A DNA stretch of 62,772 bases, counting the filler, from Sphacelaria rigidula (lineage: Eukaryota): NCBI GenBank assembly GCA_964200075.2. It is 8 parts of 8 records of this genome, joined end to end, with 100 filler letters (N's around TTAATTAATTAA, not from the genome) between each part and the next. Parts side by side here need not be neighbours in the genome. Positions count along the whole stretch, not along the records: positions 23,581 to 31,339 come from CAXNAA020013546.1; positions 31,440 to 39,198 come from CAXNAA020013547.1; 6 more parts are not named here. One strand, written 5' to 3'. A program made the translations under genes and the position numbers. The notes under the pieces were generated by a model, which was not told the DNA's origin, did not search any database, and worked only from the letters and a program-made list of their open reading frames with translations. Shown here piece by piece: positions 23,640 through 36,006 of the stretch (position 1 is the first letter of the stretch; each line of letters begins with the position of its first letter).

Positions 23640-26600
23640 GCCGAGATAGCCCCCCCCAAAACCGGCCAAAAACGTGCACGGAGGCGATGATCGGAACTGC
23701 GTTAAAGCTGGTTTCGTGCCGCACGACGCGACTGATTTGGGCGTTATAGCTGATTTCGGACTGCTACACGTCTTTTATGTGGGCGAAATAGCTGCAAACG
23801 AGCCCAATAGTGGAATCGCAGCCGGTTCGTTGGATGGTGCCGGTGCACGTTTTGTGGGGGGGCTATCTCGGCATTAGTCGTACACTCCGCCAATAGCGGG
23901 GATGTGTTGTGTGGCGTCTGCGTCTAGTTCGGTGGTGGGGAGCGAGAACGACACGCGACGTGAACCGCGGGATGGAGCACGCGCCACCGGGGTTTGCTCC
24001 GCGGACTCGCTGCCGGCCGGCCTTCCTTGGATCTTGTCATCCCTCGCTTCATCGGGCGTCGGGATCGCTTGCTGTGGGGCGGGGAGAGGAGAAGGGGGAA
24101 CATACGCCCATGTTACGAGCCTGGTCGAAATAGTTTGTCCTGTTTCCGTCATCACTCTCACAGCATCACGCGGGTATGCTGGGGCTGAGCTAAGGTACTA
24201 GCCCCTCTGAGCGTTTCGTCGTAACTTTTCTGTCCTCTGAACCCTACAAAACCCAGGTATTAGAAAAGGGAGAAGGTTGGTTTCGGGTGGTACTTCGTGC
24301 CACAATTCGGGTGGCGTCTTGTTGCCCGGGTTAGCCGAGGTCGCAGTACAGTTCAAAGCATGGCATGCTCAGTTAGCTTGTCCCGCCCACAGATTCTTGC
24401 TCGTTGGAATATTCTGGTTCGGGTATATCTGCGCTGCCTGAATTTTGACTGCAAGGCCGGCCGACTTATGATGCCAATGGCCCGTTCCGCTACGCCGTTG
24501 AACTGTGGGGAGGCAGCAGTTGTTTTCTCTTGCTTTATTTCCTCTCTATCACATAGTTCCTCGAACGCCCCCTCCGAGAATTCACCTCCACCATCACCGC
24601 GAACCTTCTCGATTTTCGCGGGTGAACTTCTGCGATGTACTTACTAAAGTACTGTTCAGCCTCGTCCTTTGTGCGCAGAAAAAACAATCCAGTATGCCGC
24701 GAGCAGTCATCACGTACCATCATCATGTATGACTTTCCTCCCCAAGATCTAATTGGTTTTGGACCTGTAAGATCGGCAAACACTCTGGATACGGGCTTAA
24801 CTGCTCATGTGTGAGTTGATCTTGGGATTGGCCGTCGCAATCCTTTTCCTTCCGAGCATGCTCGGCACAGTCTCAACTCACCGCGCAGCTCCACTCCGAG
24901 CTGCTTTGCTGTCTGCCGGAGCAGGTCCCTGTGGACATGCGCGTGTTTGCAGTGGAAGTCGTTGATATCATGAACGTGGGTCAGGTAGTTCCCCCGGGGC
25001 AATTACAGCGCATGCTGACGCACGCTTGTCATGACCGTTTGGATAGATGCGTTGGGCGTAAATTTTCAATTGTTTGTGCTGACCGGGGATTTTCAGGGTA
25101 TTTCCTGAATTCAACTCAACCCGGAAGCCGTTGCTAGACCCAATGTAGGTGTGACCTGCGTTTGACATCCTCCTGGTCAATGACACCAGATGGTAACAGA
25201 CGCAATGTGCCTGGTCTACATTTTTCAAATGCAAGACTACATCACGTCCGTCAGATCGTAAAGATAGAGTCAAATTACCTCTTCCCATGATCGGGTAGGT
25301 ACCACCGCCCGTACACCGTAGCACCCTACCAACGCACTTTCTATAATCCGTCATCTTACTCGAATCTGGAGAAAAGTGCCAAGTGGCCCCCGTATCAAGT
25401 ACCCACGGTTCGCCCCCATCAGACTGCTCTACACCCCCTTTCCCAGTTACAAACGCATACTCGCCTGTGTGGACCTCATCCACTGTCATGTCGATGCTGG
25501 TGAAAGTTTCTGCATCAGCATCGGAGCAAACGGAGTCGTCGTCCACAAAGTCTTCCACCACGCCCATTACAATCGCTGCGTCCTCTACAGTGCTTTGCCA
25601 GTCAATCAGTTGATGTCCTCTCTTCCCGCATCTACCGCAATATCTGTTTGGACAGTCTCTCGCTCGATGTGTAGACATCTTCTGACAAGCGTGGTATCTC
25701 CACGTCGTCGAAGCCCCCGACTGCTCGTTGACGATGGAGCCGGCTACTGGCTGTTTTTGCCCTGGCCCCCGTCACCTCCGCGATCTGGGTTCTGGATCTT
25801 CCCCGGTTTGTCATTCCGGTGTGAGCCGTTGGGTTTGCCGGGTTGACCCTTGACGGCAAGGGCCCGGTCACCTGAGAAAACATTCTTCCTCTTGACGAGT
25901 TCCTGCTTGAAAAGTGCCGATTCAAAACGCTTTCGAACCGACGTCACTACGACTTCCCTCGTGAGTGGCCCCTCGCGCTCCTCCAGCACCTGCTTTTGGT
26001 AGTTGTACTCACAGGGAGGCGCATTGGCAAATTTGAGGAGAGTGTGCGCCTCCGTCAGGATGATGTTGGTGTCGTATGATCGCAACTCTCTCGCCACCTC
26101 TTCCATCTCGATTACTTTTTGAACCGAATCGTCGCGAACTCCAACCTTCACGTGATCATACTTTTTCAAACGTGCTTACCTAGCCCCGTTGGTATTGGGG
26201 CTGTAAAATTCGTTCAACTCACACCACACAGCTGCTGGAGACGGAAGTCGGAACAGAATATCCCGGTCCCGCTTATGTTCGAGACTCGCCACCAACATTT
26301 TCCTCGCTCTGACGTTTGCGACTGCAGTGCCTTTTCCGTGCCTTGCCTCAAGATAACTCAAGGATACCGCCTTGTTCCCCTCCTCCACATCGAACGCACT
26401 ATCTTCCGACATAGTGAACACCCAGTCAATTGCTTCACTCCTAGCAAACATTATGAGCTCATGGCTGTAGTGGTTGAACTCTGAACGTTTTCCAGAGAAC
26501 TTGGGTACAATTGCCTTGAAAACTTGCACCCCATAAACATTTGGGACACTTGGTCTATCATGACCGAACACTGCAACGGACTCTCTTGCGGGGTCTGCAC

Positions 26601-27289
26601 CCCTTGCTCCGTCACTTGCTGTCCTGTGGTCGCTCCCGCTCGGAGCTCCCGCCCTCGCGGCTGCGTCTTCGGCCTCGAGGTGTGCTGTGGTTGGCTGAGC
26701 TGCCATCCTGGTGTTGTTGTGTTGCTTGGTCTTCTTCGCTTTCGACGACGCCACTCCACCGCGCGCCTCCGGACTCTTGGTCTTCTATGCCATCTACCCT
26801 ATCCTGTAGTACAGTTTGCTCAGACTGTACGTCTGTGACAAGATCGGTCAGTGTGCTGAACTGACCACTGAACACACTCATCATGTTCTCAATTAGTCCG
26901 TCTGATCTTTCTTCAGAAGACGAAACATCGTTCCTAGCCATACTTGCCCAATCGATTGATCACTACTGTTTTCCTTGGCTCAGGCACAGGGTAATGGTTT
27001 TCGTTCTTTTATTGGAAAGCACCCAAGTTCTACGGTAACTTGGGAGAGTGCTGAAGATGAGGGAAGGTGATGGCAGAGTGGGGACTTGGGCGTGCGGCTG
27101 AGCTCGCCGTCATCCGTACTTTACCACATTTGCACACACTCGACTGTCGGTACTCGTACGTCACGACGATCCCCTGTTCCACGTAGATCCAGCATTTCTG
27201 GGTATCTGAATCACTCGAATAGCCCTTCTCTATACTGTGGTATTGAGTAAACACCCCCCAGTAAATTTAGCTACCTGTGGTCAGTAACA
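23640..27289 (-). mobile_element. Decayed Ty1/copia LTR retrotransposon (5' LTR, gag, protease, integrase; RT missing)
   Basis: On the minus strand, in order: gag-like VPKFSGK...SPAAVW..L...Y; zinc knuckle CGRCGKRGH; protease WVLDTGATWH; pre-integrase H..HAHV...CRAC; integrase VFADLTGP...VRDDCSR and PQFNGVAERAI. Integrase directly after protease is the copia order. Several stops and frameshifts. Confidence 0.92.
26967..27289 (-). repeat. Probable 5' LTR (~323 bp) of the copia element
   Basis: The minus strand begins TGTT (27289) and ends AACA (26967), contains AATAAA, and lies 25 bp upstream of the first ATG (26941). The second LTR is not in the contig, so the boundaries are unconfirmed. Confidence 0.55.
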
Positions 27290-27629
27290 GTGCATGTATT
27301 GCAAAGCCTCTAATTTTGGTTTTCTCTATCATGTAGCTGTGTCATATGTGACATTTTTCCATCAGGTATATTTGCACTTAGGTGCTGGTTGCATCTGCTG
27401 GTATGCATGACTGGGCACTGGGAAACTGATCGGTCCATGGGCGCTGGGGTCATTCTTGCCCGGGTTCTGGGATGCCTTCGGTTCCGCTGGCACCGGAGTA
27501 GGATTATGTTCTCGGATTAGTAACAAGGCGTTGTTTAAGATATAACCTGTGAGCGTTGTGCTTTTTTGGCTAAACACCGTCAACATGACCCTTGTTTCTT
27601 GTCATTTTGTTTCATGTAGCTGTGTCACA

Positions 27630-29625
27630 CACACCCTGGACAGTAGAAGGCATCTATTGCGGTGGCAATATAATTCACCGTAGTTGTCGAGCATATTTCC
27701 GATCGTAATGACTATCAACGATGAAATTTCTCCGTTCATTGCCCTGACCGTGTGTATTGATACAAGAAATTAAAATCCATTGCTGTTGGCCATGTGTATT
27801 GATAAGAAACACTAAAATCCATCGTCACTGACCATTGATGTAATATTTCACACATTATTGCCAGTAAAGATGTGTATCGATGAGAACATCACCCAGTATA
27901 TCGTTACTAGCCATGGATATGGGTAGGGGTATTTTGGAGTCATTGTTCTCCGCAATGGATATCGATCTACCTTCTTGTGTACATTCTTCGGATGTGCAGT
28001 TGGCGCCCGACAGGGTGGGTGTCGATAATGTGTACATGTGCCCATCATTTCCCACAAGTCCACGGCAGAAATGCATATTTCTTCACAATCGATATCGGTT
28101 TTGGCCTCTCGTGTGCATTTCTTGGGTGGGCCATGTCAGGTCTAGCCAACACTGCATTCAGGAGCTTAAGACCTCATTCACCAGCATCATATGCCGTGAA
28201 CACGGAATAATATATATTGTTTTGTCAGCCCGCAGTAATCCATGGGTCAAGCCATGGCCGCATGATAGACGTACCCAAGAAAAGTAAAACTGCAACACAC
28301 GTTCAAGAAAACGAAGGAGCAAAAAAAGGCCCGAGATGCAGACTCATATCTGCATGTACAGATAGCGTCCGGCAGGGCGGGTGCCAATAGTATGCATATG
28401 TTCCAATCATTACCCATAGGTTCATGGCCCTAGATACATTTTCTCATCCTCTGCAGGTCAATGTCGGTATATACAAGGGCACGGGACGAAAACGATGGTG
28501 CACCCCGTCCTTCGTCCAGCGCATGTCGACACATCTTATGTTTGTAGGCAAAGCACGTTACATTTTTGACAACCTCCCGTCGACGGATGTGCAGTGTGCT
28601 ACCCCCCACCATGCACACAACGGAGCAGCACCGCAGTTTGACCACATTCCCATCCTCCCCATGAGCGACAACGGTGAGCAGAGACCGTCCTCGGCTTCAG
28701 GCGCAGCACCACCTGCCGCCCTTGCCCCCATATTTGATGTTAGGAACTCGGGCAGCGGAGGTCGTTCAAAAGGCAAGTCAAAATGGTTGAAGTTCCCAGA
28801 AAACGTACCGATCGCAGTGAAAGCGGCCATCAATAATTACATCCCGGAAGAAGGCCACTATGTCGCACGCCCAAACGCTCGAAGCCCTAGCGTCACTCAT
28901 TTTTGGGGCGTGCGGTTGGATACAAAACTGGAAGAGGAGTGAAGCTACGATGAGGAGGGGAAGCCGGTCGAGAGGGGGCAGTTTTTTTTCGTGCCAAGCA
29001 GATGAGGAGTGTCGCAACAAGAGAAGCATGATAAAAATAACAAGCAAACAGACATCCCAGTGCCACTACTCATCTGGACAAGCAGCGCAATATCAAAAGC
29101 TCGCGGACACAAGCTGCGGACGAAAAGTGAGTGTCACGCCATCTTCCTATTTGATTGTTTCTCGCGCCTAGCGGAAGGATCAGTGTGTCCTACTGTAGTT
29201 GTCCGTTTCCGTTCAGTTTGTGCCCACACCATACTAGCCTGGCTGAGGCCCATGTGCTTGCTCTGTTCTGATGGCTCGCTTTGTTGGGTTTGAATGACCT
29301 GGAGCATGCGGCAAGCGTCCGGTTCCATCGTTTATTGCATATCCTGCGATGTGTACGGCTCCCGACTAATGCAAACGTCACAGTTTCATCGTCTCGCTAT
29401 GTTCTGTGCTATGCGGGGCTATCGAAATACAAAATACTCTGAAAGCAGCACGGAGTAACCAAATATTTTGAACAAATCCTCAACGATACTTGGCGCTTAG
29501 TTTTGTGAAAGCATTTCCCATCCACGTGGCTGTCCCTTTTGACACCGGGGAGCACGCTGCCGTTCGTGACTTCCTCTCACTCATGCGGAAGAACTGCGAC
29601 GTTAGTGCTCTGAACAACAAAGCGG
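27630..29625 (+). mobile_element. Decayed hAT-like DNA transposon: left TIR plus transposase pseudogene 5' part
   Basis: Starts with CACACCCTGGACAGTA, the terminus shared with the MITEs at 42252 and 50874. The ORF from ATG 28661 with one stop and frameshifts gives a BED-finger-like C-x5-C...TSxATTHL followed by a GTGAGT donor at 29127. A later exon-like piece reads VPFDTGEHAAVRDFLSLM (~29500-29624), resembling the PF...E..F..L segment of hAT transposases. Confidence 0.55.
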
Positions 29626-29702
29626 TAATTCAGATATCGCTGGTAGTAATGTAGGCGTTCGATCGGTTTCCTCCATACATCTTCAAATCCTAGCACGTCA
29701 AC

Positions 29703-30106
29703 CATGGGATTTTACAAATTTAGGATGGATTTTGTTTTGGGTTGAGAACCCGTAGAATCAAAATATTCGTATCCGCACCAAATGTTCGGAATATGGTTTC
29801 ATTTCTCCACTTGCTGGCGGTTATTGACAACTACTACACGCTATACAAATTTGCACTACGATGGCCGAAATGCTGGGGTCCAAGTTCAAAAGCCAATTTC
29901 TGGGTCCGATCGGATTACCTAAATTCCCAAAAATCGGTTTTGGATCCAGGACCCCAACATTTCGGTCATCGCAGTGCAAATTTGTATGGCGTGTAGAAGT
30001 TGTCAATAGCTACCAGCAAGTGAAGATTTGGTGCGGATACGGACATTTTAATTGTCCGGGTTGTCATCCCCAATAAAAATCCATCCCCAATTCGTAAAAT
30101 CCTGTG
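29703..30106. mobile_element. ~400-bp imperfect fold-back element (MITE-like)
   Basis: ggattttac...cgtatccgcaccaaat...tattgacaact.ctacacgc.atacaaatttgcact on the left is mirrored by agtgcaaatttgtat.gcgtgtag.agttgtcaata...atttggtgcggatacg...gtaaaatcc on the right. No clear TSD. Confidence 0.8.
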
Positions 30107-31867
30107 TTGTTATCTCGGAACCACCTCTCGCAGACACACTCTGTGCTCAAACCATTTACGACGCCGGTGGCACCCATCGCAGCACACACCCCATCGGACG
30201 CAGCCGTCAACACTGGATCCACCTTGACACACTCTGTGTCCCACCCCCCAACCACGCTGGTTTCACCCGTGGCCCCACCTCCACCCCTTGCCTCTACCGC
30301 CGGCCCGGATCTCGTCGTCTAAGCTTCAGCCCAAGACCGTTCCGTCGTGCCGGTGGCACCCACGACGGAAAATCCGACTGCTGGCACTACTACTTGCGCT
30401 GCTTCACCGGTACACAATTTGTCAACACCCGCAGGTGCTTTTTCCACCTCGGCTAATCATAATTTGTTGGCAAATGTATAGTCCTCTGTTTTGCACAACT
30501 CAGGACACCCTTCCCCAGCGCCAGCAGCCGCTCCTGGTATGAATCTGAAGCAAGCCCCTGTACCGGACATTAGTGTAGCCACAACTCTACAAGTTATATG
30601 TAATACCCTGCTCCGCTATCCTCCGCCTTCTGCCAATTTACAAGCAGCCCCCAGCGCCCATTCCCGTCAGCCCGCGGTCACGGGCGCTGGACATCAGCTC
30701 CCACCTACACCCCCACGACCACCTTCCCCTCGGCACACCACCATCCGATCCCCTCGGCCAGTGCATCATCCTGACGGCACTTCGAGATAAACTTCTCGTT
30801 CCTCCCGTCTCTCCATGGCCTCGAAGACTTCTTCCCGTAGACGCCCCTCACGCCATGATATCACAGTACACGCTGACGATTTGCGAGACATTTTTTCTGA
30901 TCTTCCTTCAGCGCCGGCGGCTTTAAATGCCTCTTCTAGCGAGCGTTCGCCCCACCCTTCTCGACGTTATTGTCGACGCGTCCGATTTCATCGTGATGTA
31001 CTTTTCCATGCGGATGATGCACTTGTTCGTTCTATACAACGCCAAATCACAGATATACAACGCCCACTTCAATCCCCTTCAACGATGGCTGACACCAAGA
31101 CCTCCGTTTCACCAGCGGCAGCTGCTGCTCCTTCAACTTCCGCGACTACACGCGTCCCTTCCCCCCCTGCCACCGTCCACCCCAACTCCGGCCCCACCCG
31201 TGACAACCGCTCCGCCCCCGCTGCCCCCTCCCCCACGGCTCCAACGGATACCGACGCCGACAGCAGCGGCCGCCACCGCTCCGTGAGTTTTTCCCCCCTC
31301 CCGCCCCCCCCCCCCTCTGCCCCCACGGTGCCTTTACCANNNNNNNNNNNNNNNNNNNNNNNNNNNNNNNNNNNNNNNNNNNNTTAATTAATTAANNNNN
31401 NNNNNNNNNNNNNNNNNNNNNNNNNNNNNNNNNNNNNNNTGACAGCCAACAATGAGTTGCTTTATTCTGTCGTATCGCCACCTCCAGAGACAGCCACGAC
31501 TTTTACACTGCCCCCAAGTGTACACTCAGGGGGGGGAAAGGGGAGGGTTTCTCATTTGTTGCTTACATCAGTCGTTTGGACCATTGAACACACATTTTTT
31601 TCGAGGCGGAGCACTCAGGGTGGGACGTTCCAAGCGCGAAGACCCCTGGATACGGGTAATGAAGATAAAGATCAGAATCTTGGTCTCTGTTGATGACAGG
31701 GCGAGGATGTAAGCAGCTAGGGACAATCGACGAGAATTGACGCAGTGCGAGAGTGCTAATCCAATCCACGATGGCAACACGTGAGACAGGTACCAAGGGG
31801 GAGAGAGATTGCTCACACGCCTTCACGGACACTTCCCCCAAGGAGGGCCGCTTAGGGAACCAATATC

Positions 31868-31888
<21 letters not shown>

Positions 31889-31898
<10 letters not shown>

Positions 31899-31990
31899 CG
31901 TCATCATCCCATCTATTGTGGACATCAGTATGCACCTTTCGGTATATGTGCGCGCATCAGCCGGGATCACACAGGAGGAACGTCAACGCA
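31889..31990 (-). mobile_element. SINE family 1, 3' fragment
   Basis: Reverse complement of the family-1 tail (gtgtgatcccggctgatgcgcgcacatataccgaaaggtg...gggatgatgacgcacacac). Confidence 0.7.
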
Positions 31991-32059
31991 GGGGTTTTGT
32001 TCCTTCTTCCCTTTCTTGCTCTTGTACTCCACCTTCCTTCTGCGCTGTAAAAACACGCC

Positions 32060-32490
32060 AGTCACGCCGTAAGATAGGCAACCAGATTACCGTTATTTTT
32101 GTCGCTAGCGTTTTCTTTGTGGCGGTCATGATGGTGGTCGAGCTTCATCATATGCGCGGTGTAAACTCCGCGCAGGGGAAATGATCGTACTCCTCAGTAC
32201 TTGAATGGTGGGAATCCCACGAGGCGGTGTAAACCGTGGCTGTCTCTGGAGGTGGCGATTCCAGAGAATGAAGCAACTCATTGGAGACTGTCATCCAAAT
32301 GCAAGATCATCAGTAAGCATCGGGCCGAATAACCTTTACAGGATGGAGTTCACCCTTTACGTGACTCGCCGAGCACACCACAACGTTTTCGCGCTTGGTG
32401 ACTACGAGCCTGGTCCGGCGAAAACCCGGCGTGCTTCTGTCGTAATGCGAGGTCAACGGTTCCATGACTACGGCGTGCAAGATGATGCCT
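32060..32490 (-). repeat. Dispersed repeat family A, inverted copy
   Basis: Matches 10600-11030 in the same orientation. Confidence 0.8.
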
Positions 32491-35255
32491 TTTTTTTTGG
32501 CCAACACATCAGGGACAACTGACATGGTACATCGATGAGTTGCCATCATTGTCTATATCGCTGCAACGCAGCGCAGCAGCACAATATCTGCTCCTGCGTA
32601 GGCATCTAAAAGGACACGAAATACCCACGCACCGCGCATGCAATACCTCTCTTCATCCCTACAGACAACTGTTGCACGGTGTTGTGCTCCAGGGCACACG
32701 AAACCTGGGTTGAGATTTACTCACAGCGCAAGGAACGAGGAATGCAACATCCTTCTTCGTCCAAATGCTCGTACCTCTCCTCCTCTGACCTTCGCTATAA
32801 ATACGGGACCCGTCACATCCACGAATTTCGCAGCTACTCTTCATGATCAACCTACATGAGGCCTCGAACCCAGGATGTAAACAAAACAAAACAACGATGA
32901 GAAACGAGGATTGCTGATATTGGCTGTTGTACATGGGTTGAGTTTCCTTCGAATATCTTGGAGCAAACAATCAAATCTCCACTTGACGTGGAATTGTGAG
33001 GGCGGATCGGAGTACCGCATTGTCGACAGAGTGTCGGCTCCGTGTACGTCCGTCGAGAGCCTCGAGATTTTTTAGTATGACTTCTAGATCGAGAAAAAAA
33101 CGATGTATACGATTCCTGAGCGATGGGTTCCCGGGAGCGTGTGGGAGGTGTTGCACAAGCTACCCAGACACAGTTATCTAAGCACTGGTACTGGGCCAAA
33201 AATATCCAAGAAATCATACGCGGATGTTATCCGGGGGTTAATTACGGATCTCCCAGACCCTGTCGTCAGCTAAGGGCAGGCAAAATCCTCAATCACAGGT
33301 GTTCGGAAAATGATGACGCCTTGCTTTCCTCCCGTTGGGCGTTCAATTTGCGACGGTCCACCATCAGCGAGCGGTGAGTACGTGTATGGGGTGGGATCTA
33401 TATATGCTATGGCCCGAGTGCAACAGGCGGCAAAATGCCCGTGTACATTGAACACCTTTGCGTTGCACCGCACCGACATGCGGGACGAGTCAACGCGAAC
33501 TTTTCGAAGGAGTGTAGGTGTAAAAAGGTGAAAGAGTGGGCACATGACCCAGACATTGAGATGATTTTGTGGTGAAATAAACTATTTGCGCGAGGCGCGA
33601 TTATGATCGAGCGTTCAAGATCGGCACCCGGGAAACACGAAGGACCCGTTTGAAATCAGGCGGAGAACTATAACAATTGATACGCTCAGGTCCGTTCTCA
33701 TGTACTGTGGCTGCCACTTTTCTGTGGTGCGTCTACACCTTGCGAAGACGATTCGGTCTCCGCTGACATTGCCTGAGCTGCTGTATGGTCATGTTCGTCC
33801 CTCTGTGACATGAATTCAGCATCAGTCGGGCCGGAGTGCGGTCTATACACGTGACATATACACCTGATAATGTGTTACCGGATCCATCACTTGCGCGATG
33901 CCGAACATGGCTGGGTAAAGACAGACAACCAGCGCCCGAAAACACCGCTCGACCGGCTGGGTCAGACCCCATGCTTCGATGAAGGGAGCAACCCACGGCA
34001 CAGTGTGGATATACTCCACCGCCAGGGCACTGCTTGCACCCGCCAGTACGTACACTACAGGTGTGACTCGAGTCTGCGAGCCAATCACAAGCATTTTTCA
34101 CCACATAATGAACTGCGTCTCATGTCTTTAGTGCTAGATTCCGCCGATTTGTAACTGAATGGCCTCTGATTGGGTGAAATTTACCGTTCACTACAAAAAT
34201 CTACCGTCATGTATAGGAGTTGTGCCAAAGAGAGGTAGAACATGGCAAGTGGAGAAGGTTAGACTTGCATATGCACCCCTCCCGATGTCGAGAAATAAGG
34301 TGCGCTAGGGTGATGAACCGTCAAATGATCTCCACAAAAGAGGAGTGTGTGCATCTGCTCTGCAATTTCAAGGATAAACCTCACCATCCGAAGCCATAAA
34401 TACGGGACCGATCGTCGTCTCTCGAGTGGCGTGCTTTTGACGCACTTTCGGAACTTTTATAGAGGAGAGCACGTACGATACTCAGTATGCATTCACCTGT
34501 TGTACTGGACTGAGAACTGATAGCAGAACTATACGCAGGAAGCGCGGACCGTACAAAGATTGAGGGCAGCTTCATGCCGCAGCAGCAGCAGCAGATGCAG
34601 CTCACCATCCCACACCAAACTCGGCAGTCAGGATGAAGGGGTAGATATTACACCAGTAAGCCAATAGTGTCTGCGCGTTCCTGGCTGAAACCTCATGAGA
34701 CGGGCACCATCGCTTGATAGAGTGAGGACAGGTTCGCTCGTCACGCTCTCCCGTAAAGGGACAGGGGGGGGCTGCGCCTCGACGAACCTGATATGTATTC
34801 CATTCATCCATGCAGTTGTGCCACGCTATGCTGTACATAACGAAGCGTAAGCTACATTGCAATCCAGGTAAGGCAACAGTCCCGGACACAGGATAGCCAG
34901 GTTAACTCACAGCAGCTGGGAGTTCTCAATGCGTTGGGTCAAATCAAGTCTTGAAATGTATAGTAGCAGGTATCATTGCCAAAATAAACTGCAGCATGGT
35001 GAGCACAGCACAGACAGTACAGACAAGTACAATAGATAGTACAAAGCGTATAGAAACCACTGCTCTCTTTCAGGGCTCCTCGCAAAATACATCGCGCGTC
35101 GGTTCTCTCGAGAATTGTGAGCGCTAGGTACAGTGACAATGACATAGATAGAAAGGCCAGTCTAGGACAGGCCCATTGTTCATATGGACAAGAATGTAGA
35201 TTATGCGTGCATAGTTTGATTCGAATCCTATACATAAGCACACGGTACCGCTCAC

Positions 35256-35346
35256 CTCTTGGTGCGCTGACCGTGGTTGCTCCGGCTGCTCTCAAGGCGG
35301 CAGAAGCAGGCGAGGCAATCACCCTTCGTGCTGCGTGACGGAACAT
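35256..35346 (-). CDS. Probable first exon of a gene with a mitochondrial-type presequence; downstream exons unresolved
   Basis: gccATG at 35346 gives MFRHAARRVIASPASAALRAAGATTVSAPR (Arg/Ala/Ser-rich, no acidic residues), then a g|gtgagc donor. Candidate exons at ~34385-34690 and ~33880-34055 could not be joined in consistent phase. Confidence 0.55.
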
Positions 35347-35891
35347 GGCTGCTGCGCGAGCAATCGCCTGCCCGCTCTGGCTTGACAAACCGAGTGGAAC
35401 TAAGACAAGATGAGTGGAGTTTTTCAGATAAAATCTACTCTCGCTCGCCCGTCTCCCTTCTGTGTCTTCGTTTCTGCACGCTCCGACCTGGCTTTGGTTA
35501 GGTTGCTCAGTCAGCGCTTGCGAATCGAAACGCCAACAACCGAAAACATATTCCAAAATAAATAATCTTTGGTCATGTTCTATAATAACGCCTTTTTTTC
35601 GCTCCTTCCCGCTTTCTCCACAGAGCACCTGCTTGAGGGTTGCGCACTCATAGCACAGACGGTACAGTGCGCAACAATCGTCATTGCACAGTAGAACGCA
35701 TCACATTACAGCAGCACGCATCTGACTTGCCATCTAGTGGCGCTGTAATTGTGGTTCCTTTCAGTAGCTGGACCAATTTCGCCTCAGAGGGGTCAAGTAC
35801 GCGTGTGTCAACAACCCACAGCCTACAAAAGAAGCCAAGTTGAGGTGGTTTGTTCAAAGTCTGAACGCCGGGCCAGGCGAGGCGTGTGATC

Positions 35892-36006
35892 ATGTCGGGC
35901 GACCTATTGGGCAGTCGAATCAGCCTGATCTCGAGGAAAGACATCCGTTGGGAAGGGGTACTCGTGCAGGTGGACAGGGAGAACGCTTCGGTGACTCTCC
36001 AGAATG
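35892..36006 (+). CDS. LSM14: First exon of an LSM14/Scd6/RAP55-like protein (N-terminal LSm domain)
   Basis: MSGDLLGSRISLISRKDIRWEGVLVQVDRENASVTLQN, then a g|gtgagt donor. It matches the family pattern GS.ISLIS..DIRYEG.L..ID.....V.L.NV. Too short for the ORF track. Exon 2 was not found in the contig. Confidence 0.8.

Noticed and set aside
32700-34960. Further exons of the minus-strand gene (e.g. GPVFMA, VYVLAGASSALAVEY, reminiscent of DUF1279-type proteins)
   Set aside because: Splice phases could not be reconciled and the similarity is too weak to name a product.
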